Part shown: positions 44,480 through 53,693 of the stretch, piece after piece
Position numbering within the stretch: position 1 is the first letter of the stretch
Layout: each line of letters opens with the position of its first letter
Assembly: GCA_036946435.1 (NCBI GenBank)
Contig: JAQIJE010000008.1
Span: 19,715 to 83,714, forward strand
Source: Microbacterium arborescens
Lineage (GTDB): Bacteria > Actinomycetota > Actinomycetes > Actinomycetales > Microbacteriaceae
Direction of reading: 5' to 3'
Length of the DNA stretch: 64,000 nucleotides
Notes under the pieces: generated by a model
Database searches by the model: none
Told to the model about the DNA's origin: nothing
The model's input: only the letters and a program-made list of their open reading frames with translations
Position numbers and translations under genes: made by a program

Positions 44480-44606
44480 GCGGCACGCTCCTTCGCGGTC
44501 GATGGCGCCGCGCGGGCGGCGTGCGGTCAATCTAGACCGCGGCGAGAACAGGAGACTACTGCCGATAGTGGGTGGTCGTACCGATCGTGGCGCGCGGCGA
44601 TTCAGA

Positions 44607-44637
44607 TTGGCTCGCGCCCGGATCGGGGGCGTAAGCT
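44607..44637 (+). promoter_or_regulatory. Putative sigma-A promoter for the 6C RNA
   Basis: TTGGCT-19 nt-TAAGCT directly upstream of the 6C hairpins. Confidence 0.5.
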
Positions 44638-44665
44638 GGCAGTGGCAGCGACATCGATCGCGCCC

Positions 44666-44743
44666 GTGGTGCCCCGACCTACCCCCCAAGCGGCGGGACG
44701 CCATGTGGGCGGCACCCCTATCCCCCAATAGGGGGTGCCGCCC
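44666..44743 (+). ncRNA. 6C RNA (B11-like small RNA)
   Basis: Two consecutive hairpins with C-rich loops (ACCCCCCAAG; CCCCCA) followed by a pyrimidine tail. Lies upstream of and co-oriented with the tad genes, as mycobacterial B11 does. Confidence 0.85.
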
Positions 44744-44761
44744 TTCTTCTCTTCCTCGGTG

Positions 44762-46030
44762 TCAGCCCGCCGGACGGTGCTTCCACTCGTCCGGCAGCGT
44801 GCGGTGACTTCGGAGGGGTGAGACGGCGAAGGCCACCGCGGCCAGAGTCAGCAGCACGGGAGAAAGCAGCAGGGCGACGCCGTTCGAGGTCGCGCTGCCG
44901 ACGACGCCGGCGGTCAGCGCGCCGATCGGCATGGCGCCTTGCGTGACGAAACGGTTCGCTGCGGCGGCTCGCCCCATGAGCTGCGGGGGTGTGACCTCGG
45001 CGCGGAGTCCGGCCGAGCTGATCATCGTCGTGACGACGATGAGCCCGAACGCGAAACCGGATGCCGCCACGAAGACGACCGGGGGCAGCGGAAGGATGTA
45101 TGCCGACGGCAGGATCAGTGCGGCCAGCGGCAGGAGACAGTACCCGACGAACATCGTCCGGATCGGGCCGAACCGGCTTCGGATACGCATCGCGACGAGC
45201 GACCCGATGATGGCGCCGGTCGCTCCGATGCCGCTCGCGAGCGCGTAGCCGCTCGCGGTCATCCCCAGGTCGTCGAGGGCGACGAGCACGATGAGGGTGG
45301 CGAAGACGCCGGCGCCGGCATTGATGAGGGCATTCGTGACGAGCATGGTCCGCAGGACGGGATGCCGCCGGACGAACGCGATCCCCTCGACGAGCGAGCG
45401 CCAGAACGGGGGAGGGGCGACCCCCTTCTCCCGCGGCTCGGGCGCGCGGATGAGCGAAGCTGTCAGGGCGGCCAGGATGCCGGTGACCGACGTGATGACA
45501 TACAGCAGCGGAGCGGCGAGCCGGGTGAGCACTGCCGCGGCCAGTGCGGGGCCGATGACCTGCATCGAGGTGTCGGTGGACTGGAGCCTCGCCGTCGCTT
45601 CCGAGACCCGCGCCGGCCCGACGATGGCCGGGACGAACGCGGTCTGCGCGGTGTCGGAGAAGACGGAGGTGACGCTGACGATGGCGGCGACCGCCATGAG
45701 CTGCCAGACCGTGAGCCAACCGGCGATGTACGCCACCGCGATGCTCGCCGCCGCGACGGCACGGATGAGCTCCGCCCCGACGAGGACGGAGCGCTTGGGC
45801 CATCGGTCGACCCAGACGCCGGCGGGCAGACCGATGAGGAGATAGGCGCTCAGGCCGAGGGCGGAGATCACGCCGACCTGCCACGCCTCGGCGCCGACGA
45901 CCGTCACAGCGGTCACCGACAGGGCGAGTGTCGCGAACTGGCCTCCGGTCTCCTGCAGGGCGTTCGAGGCCCACAGTCGGCGAAAGCCCGCGATGCGGTG
46001 CACCGGTCCGGTGGGGGCGTCCTCCGTCAT
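44762..46030 (-). CDS. MFS transporter (macrolide/EntS-like exporter)
   Basis: FRRLWAS, GLPAGVWVDRWPKR, EGIAFVRRHPVLR, TPPQLMGR; about 12 TM helices. Confidence 0.9.
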   Translation of the reverse strand: MTEDAPTGPVHRIAGFRRLWASNALQETGGQFATLALSVTAVTVVGAEAWQVGVISALGLSAYLLIGLPAGVWVDRWPKRSVLVGAELIRAVAAASIAVAYIAGWLTVWQLMAVAAIVSVTSVFSDTAQTAFVPAIVGPARVSEATARLQSTDTSMQVIGPALAAAVLTRLAAPLLYVITSVTGILAALTASLIRAPEPREKGVAPPPFWRSLVEGIAFVRRHPVLRTMLVTNALINAGAGVFATLIVLVALDDLGMTASGYALASGIGATGAIIGSLVAMRIRSRFGPIRTMFVGYCLLPLAALILPSAYILPLPPVVFVAASGFAFGLIVVTTMISSAGLRAEVTPPQLMGRAAAANRFVTQGAMPIGALTAGVVGSATSNGVALLLSPVLLTLAAVAFAVSPLRSHRTLPDEWKHRPAG

Positions 46031-46140
46031 CAGGACAGTCTCTCGCCCCGGTTCCTCCCCAATCGCGATGAGACACGGTCTGTGCGCCGATCCGCTGCCG
46101 CGGGGAGGGGTCGTCTCGGGCGCTTCTTACTGTCGGAGAC

Positions 46141-47166
46141 ATGGGAGCATTCGTCGTCACGCCGCGCCGGGGTTCTTCCGTGGCGTCGCGGAGCGACACG
46201 GGTGCGGGGCCGGAGCCGGCGCCGGCGCAGCGGCGACGGATTCCCGACGATCCGGCGCTCGATCCGCTGCGCGAGTATCTGCTCGCCCCGGATGTCACGG
46301 ACGTCTTCGTCAACGGTGAGCGGGGTGTCTTCGTCGATCGCGGACGCGGCGCGGAACGGGCCGGTGAGTGGCGTCCGACCGACGCGGAGGTGCGTGCGCT
46401 GGCGGTCGCGTCGATCGCTCTCGGAGGGCGCCACCTCGACGATGCGACGCCCTGCGCCGACGTGCGTTGGCCCGGCGGCATCCGGGTTCACGCGGTGTTG
46501 TCACCCGTGGCCTGCGAGGGGTCGGCGATCTCGATCCGTCTGCCCGCGATCGAGCAGTTGAGTCTCGACGATCTCGAGCGGCGAGGCATGTTCGATGCCG
46601 ACGTCGCCGGTCGCCTCCGGCGGCTCGTCGCGAACAGGACGAACCTCCTCGTCACGGGAGCGACGGGAGCGGGCAAGACCACCCTGCTCGCGGCGCTGCT
46701 GTCGTGCGCGAGCCCCGCCGAGCGGATCGTGACGATCGAGGATGTCGCCGAGCTGCGCCTCGACCATCCGCACCACGTCCGTCTCGAAGCGCGGCAGCCG
46801 AATCTCGAGGGCGCCGGCGCTGTGCCGCTGGCCCGGCTGGTGCGCGAGGCCCTGCGTATGAGACCCGATCGGCTCATCGTCGGCGAGTGCCGTGGCGAGG
46901 AGGTGCGGGAGCTCCTGACGGCCCTCAACACCGGACACCACGGCGGAGCGGGGACCGTCCACGCGGGGAGCCTCGCCGACGTCCCCGCTCGGCTCGAAGC
47001 GCTCGGCGCGCTTGCCGGTCTCGACGATCACGGCGTCGCTCGCCAGGTCGTGAGCGCGATCGGCGCGGTGATCCACGTCGGACACGCCGACGGTGTGAGA
47101 CGCGTGTCGGGGATCGCACGGCCCGCACTCCGGGACGGCCGGCTCGTCGTCGAGGAGTGGTCGTGA
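46141..47166 (+). CDS. tadA: TadA/CpaF pilus assembly ATPase
   Basis: VTDVFVNG, TGATGAGKTT, IEDVAEL, ALRMRPDRLIVGECRG, NTGH.G..GTVHA. Confidence 0.93.
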   Translation: MGAFVVTPRRGSSVASRSDTGAGPEPAPAQRRRIPDDPALDPLREYLLAPDVTDVFVNGERGVFVDRGRGAERAGEWRPTDAEVRALAVASIALGGRHLDDATPCADVRWPGGIRVHAVLSPVACEGSAISIRLPAIEQLSLDDLERRGMFDADVAGRLRRLVANRTNLLVTGATGAGKTTLLAALLSCASPAERIVTIEDVAELRLDHPHHVRLEARQPNLEGAGAVPLARLVREALRMRPDRLIVGECRGEEVRELLTALNTGHHGGAGTVHAGSLADVPARLEALGALAGLDDHGVARQVVSAIGAVIHVGHADGVRRVSGIARPALRDGRLVVEEWS

Positions 47167-48059
47167 TCCGGTGGCGGCGGCGATCCACCGCGGACACCGA
47201 CGCGGGCCGGGTGGCCGATGTCGCCCCGATCCTCCATCGGCTCGCGGTGCTGCTCGAGGCGGGCATCACGCCGGATCGGGCGTGGGAGCATCTCGCCGAG
47301 ACGGAGAGCGCGGCCGCGCGACGCGTAGCCGACCGCCGTCGCGCGGGGACGCCGCTGGTGTCCGCGATCGCAGCAGAGGACGGCGCGTGGCGGGAGGTCG
47401 CCGCGGCATGGCACGTGGCGACGGCCGTCGGCGCCCCACTGGCTCGAACACTGCGCGGGATGTCCGAGGCGCTGCGCGACGCCGAACAAGCCCGCGACGA
47501 CATCCGCGTCGCGCTCGCCGAGCCCACCTCCACCGCACGCCTCGTGGGATGGCTGCCGCTCGTCGCGGTCGCGCTCGCCCTGGTGCTCGGGTTCGACATC
47601 GCCGCGACGGTGCGGCATCCGGTCGGCGGCGCGTGTCTCGTCGGCGGTGCGCTCCTGATGATCGGCGCGGGCGTGTGGACGCGTCGTCTCGTCGCTCGCG
47701 CGCAGCCGGAGGGGGCCGTCCCCGGCATGTCGGCGGAGCTGCTCGCCATCGCGCTGTCGAGCGGCGTGTCGGTCGGGCGCGCCGAGGAGGTGCTGGCGGA
47801 CGTCGATGTCTCGACGACCGCGGCCGACCGCGGGGTGCTCGACCTCTCGGCCACCGCGGGCGCGCCCGCAGTGGACCTCCTGCGTGCGACGGCCGAGCTG
47901 GAACGCCACCGCGCACGCATCGAGGGGCGGATGCGCGCCGCACGACTGTCGTCCCGCCTGCTGCTGCCCCTCGGGGTCTGCACGCTGCCGGCGTTCCTTC
48001 TCATCGGCGTCGCCCCGATGCTGCTCAGCGCGATGTCCAGCACCTCGGTGGCCCTCTGA
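47163..48059 (+). CDS. Type II secretion F-family protein, TadB+TadC-like fusion
   Basis: GTGA overlap with tadA. TadB-like half (LLEAG..P, GAPLA, TARLVGWLP) and TadC-like half (LLAIALSSG, LLLPLGVCTLPAF..GVAP). Confidence 0.8.
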   Translation: MIRWRRRSTADTDAGRVADVAPILHRLAVLLEAGITPDRAWEHLAETESAAARRVADRRRAGTPLVSAIAAEDGAWREVAAAWHVATAVGAPLARTLRGMSEALRDAEQARDDIRVALAEPTSTARLVGWLPLVAVALALVLGFDIAATVRHPVGGACLVGGALLMIGAGVWTRRLVARAQPEGAVPGMSAELLAIALSSGVSVGRAEEVLADVDVSTTAADRGVLDLSATAGAPAVDLLRATAELERHRARIEGRMRAARLSSRLLLPLGVCTLPAFLLIGVAPMLLSAMSSTSVAL

Positions 48060-48155
48060 TGCCCTGCCGCCCGATGACCTGCGGTGCGGGAGACCCCGAC
48101 CCTAAGACCTCAGAACGTGCCCGATCCGAACACCCATCGACAGAACGGAGCAGAC

Positions 48156-48356
48156 ATGAACAGATCCCTTCCGCGGTTGACCCGCTCGCGCGCCGCGCAA
48201 CTCTTCGCCGACGAATCCGGCGCCGCGACCGCCGAGTACGCCATCGCGACGATGGCGGCGGTCGCGTTCGCGGGGCTCCTCGTGGTGATCATGCGCAGCG
48301 ACGAGGTGCGCGGCATCCTCACCGACCTGGTCCGCCGCGCGCTCACGGTCGAGTGA
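48156..48356 (+). CDS. DUF4244 Flp-type pilin
   Basis: DESG/AATAEYAI prepilin motif followed by a hydrophobic helix. Confidence 0.88.
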   Translation: MNRSLPRLTRSRAAQLFADESGAATAEYAIATMAAVAFAGLLVVIMRSDEVRGILTDLVRRALTVE

Positions 48357-48691
48357 GCCTCCGCCGCGACGAGCGCGGGTCCGTCACGGCGGAGTTCGCG
48401 ATCGTGGTTCCCGCGGCGCTGCTGGTGGTCCTGCTCGCCGTCGCCGCGCTGGCGGCGGCGGGCACCCAGATCCGGCTCGAACACGCCGCGGCGCAGGCCG
48501 CACGACTGCTCGCGCGCGGCGAGGACGAGGCGCGGGCACAGCGCACGGTGGCGGCCGCTGTCCCGGGCGCCGCGCTCGGCTTCTCGGACGACGGTGATCT
48601 CGTCTGTGCCGAGGTGACGGCGGGGCACGGCATCCCCCTGCCCCTCCCGCCGCTCCGGGCGAGCGCGTGCGCTCCGGCGGGAGGACTCTGA
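48353..48691 (+). CDS. TadE-like minor pilin
   Basis: RDERG/SVTAEFAIVVP, AARLLARG; GTGA overlap. Confidence 0.85.
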   Translation: MSLRRDERGSVTAEFAIVVPAALLVVLLAVAALAAAGTQIRLEHAAAQAARLLARGEDEARAQRTVAAAVPGAALGFSDDGDLVCAEVTAGHGIPLPLPPLRASACAPAGGL

Positions 48692-49008
48692 TGGCGGGGA
48701 CCACCGTGGCGGTCGGTGTGCTCGCGGTCGCCGCGATCCTGGCGGCCGGGGTGGGAACGGCGGGTGCGGCCGCGGTGCGTGCGGCACAGGCGAGCGCCAC
48801 GGCCGACACCGCGGCGCTCGCCGCCGCTGATACCGTGCTCGGGCACTTCGACGGAGCACCCTGCGATCGAGCCGGCCGCACCGCCGTGCGCGCCGGGCTC
48901 GAGCTCACCGCGTGCGAGGTCGACGGCGTCGTGGCGACCGTCGAGGTCGCGGCGTCGATGGGTGTATTCCGCGTGCAGGCGCGCGCTCGCGCGGGCCCCG
49001 CGCGATGA
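48691..49008 (+). CDS. Rv3654c-family TadE-like protein
   Basis: ADTAALAAA, C..A, LTAC, ARARAGP C-terminus. Confidence 0.82.
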   Translation: MAGTTVAVGVLAVAAILAAGVGTAGAAAVRAAQASATADTAALAAADTVLGHFDGAPCDRAGRTAVRAGLELTACEVDGVVATVEVAASMGVFRVQARARAGPAR

Positions 49009-49096
49009 CATGCCGCTGGGAGGATATGCCGGAATCTCTCCCAGCGTCCTCCACCCTGCAGCGCGTGTATGGTTTGCGTCGGAGAAAGGATGACTC

Positions 49097-51802
49097 GTGG
49101 CAGGCGGCAAGAAACTCGTCATCGTCGAGTCCCCGACCAAGATGAAGTCGATCCAGGGCTACCTGGGCGACGAGTACGAAGTGCTCAGCTCGGTCGGGCA
49201 CATCCGGGACCTCGCTAAGAAAGAGGACATCCCGGCCGACAAGAAGCAGGCGTACGGCAAGTACTCCATCGACGTCGACAACGGCTTCGATGCGTACTAC
49301 GTGGTCAGTGATCGCAAGACCAAGACCGTGGCCGAGCTCAAGCGCGCCCTGAAGGGCGCCGACGAGGTCCTGCTCGCCACCGATGAAGACCGCGAGGGCG
49401 AGGCGATCGCGTGGCACCTGCTCGAGGTGCTCAAGCCCAAGGTGCCCGTCAAGCGCATGGTCTTCCACGAGATCACCAAGGACGCCATCCGCGCGGCCGC
49501 CGGCAACACCCGCGAGCTCGATCTGGCTCTCGTCAACGCGCAGGAGACCCGGCGCGTGCTCGACCGCCTGTACGGGTGGGACGTCTCGCCCGTGCTGTGG
49601 CGCAAGGTCGGCTCCGGCCGCGACGGCCAGGCCCTCAGCGCCGGCCGCGTGCAGTCCGCCGCGACGCGCATGGTCGTCGACCGCGAGCGCGAGCGCATGG
49701 CGTTCGTCTCGGCGTCGTACTGGGACATCGAGGCCCACGCCTCGAAGGACGGCGGCTCGTTCTCGACCCGCCTCGCCCGCCTCGACGGCGCGCCCCTGGC
49801 TCGCGGCACCGACTTCGACGATTCCGGTTCGCTGAAGAAGGCCGTCGTCGTCCTGACCGAGAACGACGCGCGCCAGCTCGCCGCCGCGATCGAGAAGGCC
49901 GCCGCCGCCGACGTCACCGCCGTCGAGGCCAAGCCCGGAACCCGCAGCCCCAAGCCGCCGTTCACGACCTCCACGATGCAGCAGGAGGCCGGCCGCAAGC
50001 TCTCGATGAGCGCGAAGCACGCGATGAGCGTCGCCCAGCGTCTCTACGAGAAGGGCTACATCACCTACATGCGAACCGACTCGACCGCGCTGTCGGCGCA
50101 GGCCGTGACGGCGGCCCGCACGCAGGCCGTGGCCCTCTACGGCGACCGCGCCGTGCCCGCGAGCCCCCGGTCGTACCGAAACAACGCCAAGAACGCGCAG
50201 GAGGCGCACGAGGCGATCCGCCCCTCGGGCGAGGAGTTCCGCACGCCCGCATCCGTCGCCTCCGGCCTGGACCGCGACGAGCAGCGACTGTACGACCTGA
50301 TCTGGAAGCGCACCGTCGCCAGCCAGATGTCGGATGCGAAGTACGAGACGACCACCGTCACCCTCGAACTCGACGCCGACGGCAAGCGGGCCGCGTTCAC
50401 GGCATCCGGAACCGTCTACACCTTCAAGGGCTTCCTCGAAGCCTACGAAGAGGGCAACGACGAGAAGCGCGGCGACAACGACCGCTCGGCCGACCAGTCG
50501 CTTCCGCCCGTCGCGGTCGGCGACCGGCTGGCGCTGGCGGATGTCGAGCCGAAGGGCCACGCGACCAGCCCCAAGCCCCGCTACACCGAGGCGAGCCTGG
50601 TCAAGGCGCTCGAAGAGAAGGGCATCGGCCGGCCGTCGACCTTCGCGAGCATCATCGACGTGATCCTCGAGCGCGGCTACGTCACCAAGCGCGGTCAGGC
50701 CCTCGTCCCCAGCTGGCTGTCGTTCAGCGTCGTGCGGCTGCTCGAGCAGCACTTCGCCGACCTCGTCGACTACGACTTCACCGCGGCCCTCGAGGACGAC
50801 CTCGACGCGATCGCCCGGGGAGAGCAGGCACGCGAGGCCTGGCTGAAGGAGTTCTACTTCGGCTCGGACAACCACGTCGGTCTCCGCAACATCGTCGACA
50901 ACCTCGGCGACATCGACGCCCGCGAACTGAACGCGACGCCCATCGGCGACGTCGCGACGCTGCGCTTCGGCAAGTACGGCCCGTACCTCGACGTCCCGGT
51001 GGGCGAGGGGGAGACGCGGATCGTCAACGTCCCCGACGACCTCGCACCCGACGAGCTGACGCCCGAGAAGGCGCAGGAGCTCATTGATGCTCCCGTCGCC
51101 GGCGACCGAGTGCTCGGCGAGAACCCCGAGAACGGCAAGCTGATCGTCGTCAAGGACGGTCGCTTCGGGCCCTACGTCCAGGAGCTCGAGCCCGAGCCCG
51201 AAGAGACCGTCGACGAGGCCACCGGCGAGGTCGCCCCCGCCAAGAAGAAGACGACGAAGAAGAAGGAGGCCGCGCCCAAGCCGCGCACCGCCTCGCTCTT
51301 CAAGTCGATGGGCGTCGACACGGTCGACCTCGAGCAGGCGCTCCAGCTGCTCTCGCTGCCGCGCGTCGTGGGCGTCGACCCCGAGTCGGGCAACGAGATC
51401 ACCGCGCAGAACGGTCGCTACGGTCCGTACCTGAAGAAGGGCACCGACTCGCGCACGCTCGCGAGCGAGCAGCAGCTGTTCGACATCACGCTCGATGAGG
51501 CTCTCGCCGTCTACGCGCAGCCGAAGTACGGAGCCCGGGCCGCATCGAGCGCGCTCAAGGAGTTCGAGGCCGACCCGACGAGCGGAAAGCCCATCAAGCT
51601 CAAGGACGGTCGCTTCGGCCCCTACGTCACCGACGGCGAGACCAACGCGACGATTCCGCGCGGCGAGAACGCCGACGAGGTCACCTTCGAGCGCGCCGTG
51701 CAGCTGCTCGCCGACAAGCGCGCCAAGGGCCCGGCCCCCAAGCGCAAGACGGCGGCCCGCAAGACGACGACGACCCGCAAGCCCGCGGCCAAGAAGAAGT
51801 GA
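49097..51802 (+). CDS. topA: DNA topoisomerase I
   Basis: LVIVESPTK, ATDEDREGEAIAWH, SAGRVQS, GYITYMRTDS, Topo-C repeats GRFGPYV, Lys-rich tail. Confidence 0.98.
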   Translation: MAGGKKLVIVESPTKMKSIQGYLGDEYEVLSSVGHIRDLAKKEDIPADKKQAYGKYSIDVDNGFDAYYVVSDRKTKTVAELKRALKGADEVLLATDEDREGEAIAWHLLEVLKPKVPVKRMVFHEITKDAIRAAAGNTRELDLALVNAQETRRVLDRLYGWDVSPVLWRKVGSGRDGQALSAGRVQSAATRMVVDRERERMAFVSASYWDIEAHASKDGGSFSTRLARLDGAPLARGTDFDDSGSLKKAVVVLTENDARQLAAAIEKAAAADVTAVEAKPGTRSPKPPFTTSTMQQEAGRKLSMSAKHAMSVAQRLYEKGYITYMRTDSTALSAQAVTAARTQAVALYGDRAVPASPRSYRNNAKNAQEAHEAIRPSGEEFRTPASVASGLDRDEQRLYDLIWKRTVASQMSDAKYETTTVTLELDADGKRAAFTASGTVYTFKGFLEAYEEGNDEKRGDNDRSADQSLPPVAVGDRLALADVEPKGHATSPKPRYTEASLVKALEEKGIGRPSTFASIIDVILERGYVTKRGQALVPSWLSFSVVRLLEQHFADLVDYDFTAALEDDLDAIARGEQAREAWLKEFYFGSDNHVGLRNIVDNLGDIDARELNATPIGDVATLRFGKYGPYLDVPVGEGETRIVNVPDDLAPDELTPEKAQELIDAPVAGDRVLGENPENGKLIVVKDGRFGPYVQELEPEPEETVDEATGEVAPAKKKTTKKKEAAPKPRTASLFKSMGVDTVDLEQALQLLSLPRVVGVDPESGNEITAQNGRYGPYLKKGTDSRTLASEQQLFDITLDEALAVYAQPKYGARAASSALKEFEADPTSGKPIKLKDGRFGPYVTDGETNATIPRGENADEVTFERAVQLLADKRAKGPAPKRKTAARKTTTTRKPAAKKK

Positions 51803-52449
51803 CCGGCACCGAGCAGCGCGGGTTCTGGATCACCCTCGAGGGTGGCGACGGATCGGGCAAGACGACGCAGGCCGCGGCGCTCGAGACCTGGCTGCGCGAG
51901 TCGGGACGCGACGTCGTGCGCACGCGCGAGCCCGGCGGGAGCGACGTCGGCGTGCTCATCCGCAACATCGTGCTGCACCACCGCGGCGACGTCGCACCGC
52001 GCGCCGAGGCGCTGCTGTACGCGGCCGATCGTGCGCACCACGTCGCCACCGTCGTGGGGCCGGCGCTCGAACGCGGCGCCGTCGTCGTCCAGGATCGCTA
52101 CCTCGATTCGTCGGTGGCCTACCAGGGCGCGGGGCGCGTGTTGGATGCCGCCGAGGTGCGCGACCTCTCGCTCTGGGCCGCCGACGGCGCCCTCCCGGAC
52201 CTCACGGTGCTGCTCGACCTCGACCCCGCCGCGGCCCGCGCTCGGCTCGATGCGGCCGACAAGCCTTTCGACCGTCTCGAGTCCGAGAAGGCCGAGTTCC
52301 ACGACCGCGTCCGCGCGGCGTTCCTCGACCTCGCCGCCCACGAGCCGGATCGCTTTCTGGTCGTCGATGCGGCGCGCCCGCCGGCCGAGCTCGCGCGGGA
52401 GATCCGCGCGCGGGTCGTGGGCGCACTGTCGCGCCCCGAGACCGCCTGA
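51799..52449 (+). CDS. tmk: Thymidylate kinase
   Basis: LEGGDGSGKTTQ, TREPGG, DRY.DSS.AYQG, PDLT.LLD. Confidence 0.96.
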   Translation: MTGTEQRGFWITLEGGDGSGKTTQAAALETWLRESGRDVVRTREPGGSDVGVLIRNIVLHHRGDVAPRAEALLYAADRAHHVATVVGPALERGAVVVQDRYLDSSVAYQGAGRVLDAAEVRDLSLWAADGALPDLTVLLDLDPAAARARLDAADKPFDRLESEKAEFHDRVRAAFLDLAAHEPDRFLVVDAARPPAELAREIRARVVGALSRPETA

Positions 52450-52538
52450 GCCGACGCGCTTCGAGGCTGCGAGGCTCCGCAGCGCGACGATGCCCGCGCG
52501 TTCCAGCGACGTCCGAGGGGCACCGTAGGCTGGACCCC

Positions 52539-53693
52539 ATGGCATCCCCGACCGCGCTCGCACCGCCGTGGGGCGAGGTCTGGGGTCAGGACGCGGCCGT
52601 GGCGGCGCTGCAGGCTGCGGCATCCGATCCCGCCCAGCTCGCGCACGCGTGGCTCATCACGGGGCCGCCGGGGTCGGGCCGCTCCACCCTCGCGCACGCC
52701 TTCGCAGCGGCGCTCATCGCCGAGCCCGGCGATGAAGCGGCCATGCGTCAGGTGCTCGCGGGGACGCATCCCGATCTCACCGCCCTGCGCACCGAGGGTG
52801 TCGTCATCTCCATCCGCGACGCCCGGTCCCTCGTGGAACGTTCGTACTTCTCACCGTCGCTCGGCAGGTATCGCGTCATCGTCGTCGAGGACGCCGATCG
52901 TATGGTCGAACGCACGAGCAATGTGCTGCTGAAGGCCCTCGAAGAGCCGCCGGAGCAGACCGTCTGGGTGCTGTGCGCACCCAGCGACGCCGACCTGCTC
53001 CCGACGATCCGGTCCCGCGTCCGGACGCTCCGCCTGCGCGAGCCCGACGTCGCCGACGTCGCGCGCCTCATCGCCGCACGCACGGGAGTCGACGAAGCGG
53101 TCGCCCTCCAGTCGGCACGCCTCGCCCAGCGACACATCGGAATGGCCCAGCGGCTGGCCACGGATGCCGCCTCGCGGCAGCGACGCGACACGACCCTCCG
53201 CGCGGTGCTGGCGGTCCGCGGCGTCTCCGATGCGGTCGAGACCGCGGGCCGCATCGTGGCCGCCGCGACCGAGGACGCCAAGGCGCTGACCGCCGAGCGC
53301 GACGAGGCCGAACGCGAGGCGCTGTTGCGCACGCTCGGCGTCGCCCCGGGCGGAGCAGTACCCCCCGCCGTACGCGGTCAGTTGGGCGCGCTCGAAGACG
53401 ACCAGAAGCGGCGCGCGACCCGCAGCCTGCGCGACGGCATCGACCGCGTGCTCACCGACCTCGAGTCGATGTATCGCGACGTGCTGATGCTGCAGTTCGG
53501 ACGCGACGGCGATCTGATCAATCTCGAGCTCGGCGCCGAGCTGTCGTCGCTGGCCGCCGCGTGGAGCCCCGACCGCACGCTCGTCGTGCTCGACCGCATC
53601 TCGGCCACGCGCACGGCCGTCGAGGGCAACGCCGCCCCGCTCCTTGCCATCGAGAGCATGCTCATCACCGTCGCCAGCGGAAGGACCCCGTGA
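52539..53693 (+). CDS. holB: DNA polymerase III subunit delta'
   Basis: HAWLITGPPGSGRS, HPD, NVLLKALEEPP, LPTIRSR. Confidence 0.95.
   Translation: MASPTALAPPWGEVWGQDAAVAALQAAASDPAQLAHAWLITGPPGSGRSTLAHAFAAALIAEPGDEAAMRQVLAGTHPDLTALRTEGVVISIRDARSLVERSYFSPSLGRYRVIVVEDADRMVERTSNVLLKALEEPPEQTVWVLCAPSDADLLPTIRSRVRTLRLREPDVADVARLIAARTGVDEAVALQSARLAQRHIGMAQRLATDAASRQRRDTTLRAVLAVRGVSDAVETAGRIVAAATEDAKALTAERDEAEREALLRTLGVAPGGAVPPAVRGQLGALEDDQKRRATRSLRDGIDRVLTDLESMYRDVLMLQFGRDGDLINLELGAELSSLAAAWSPDRTLVVLDRISATRTAVEGNAAPLLAIESMLITVASGRTP

Noticed and set aside
44480-44760. Ms1 RNA (near this locus in mycobacteria)
   Set aside because: The predicted transcript is ~110 nt with two C-loop hairpins, which fits 6C rather than the ~300-nt Ms1.
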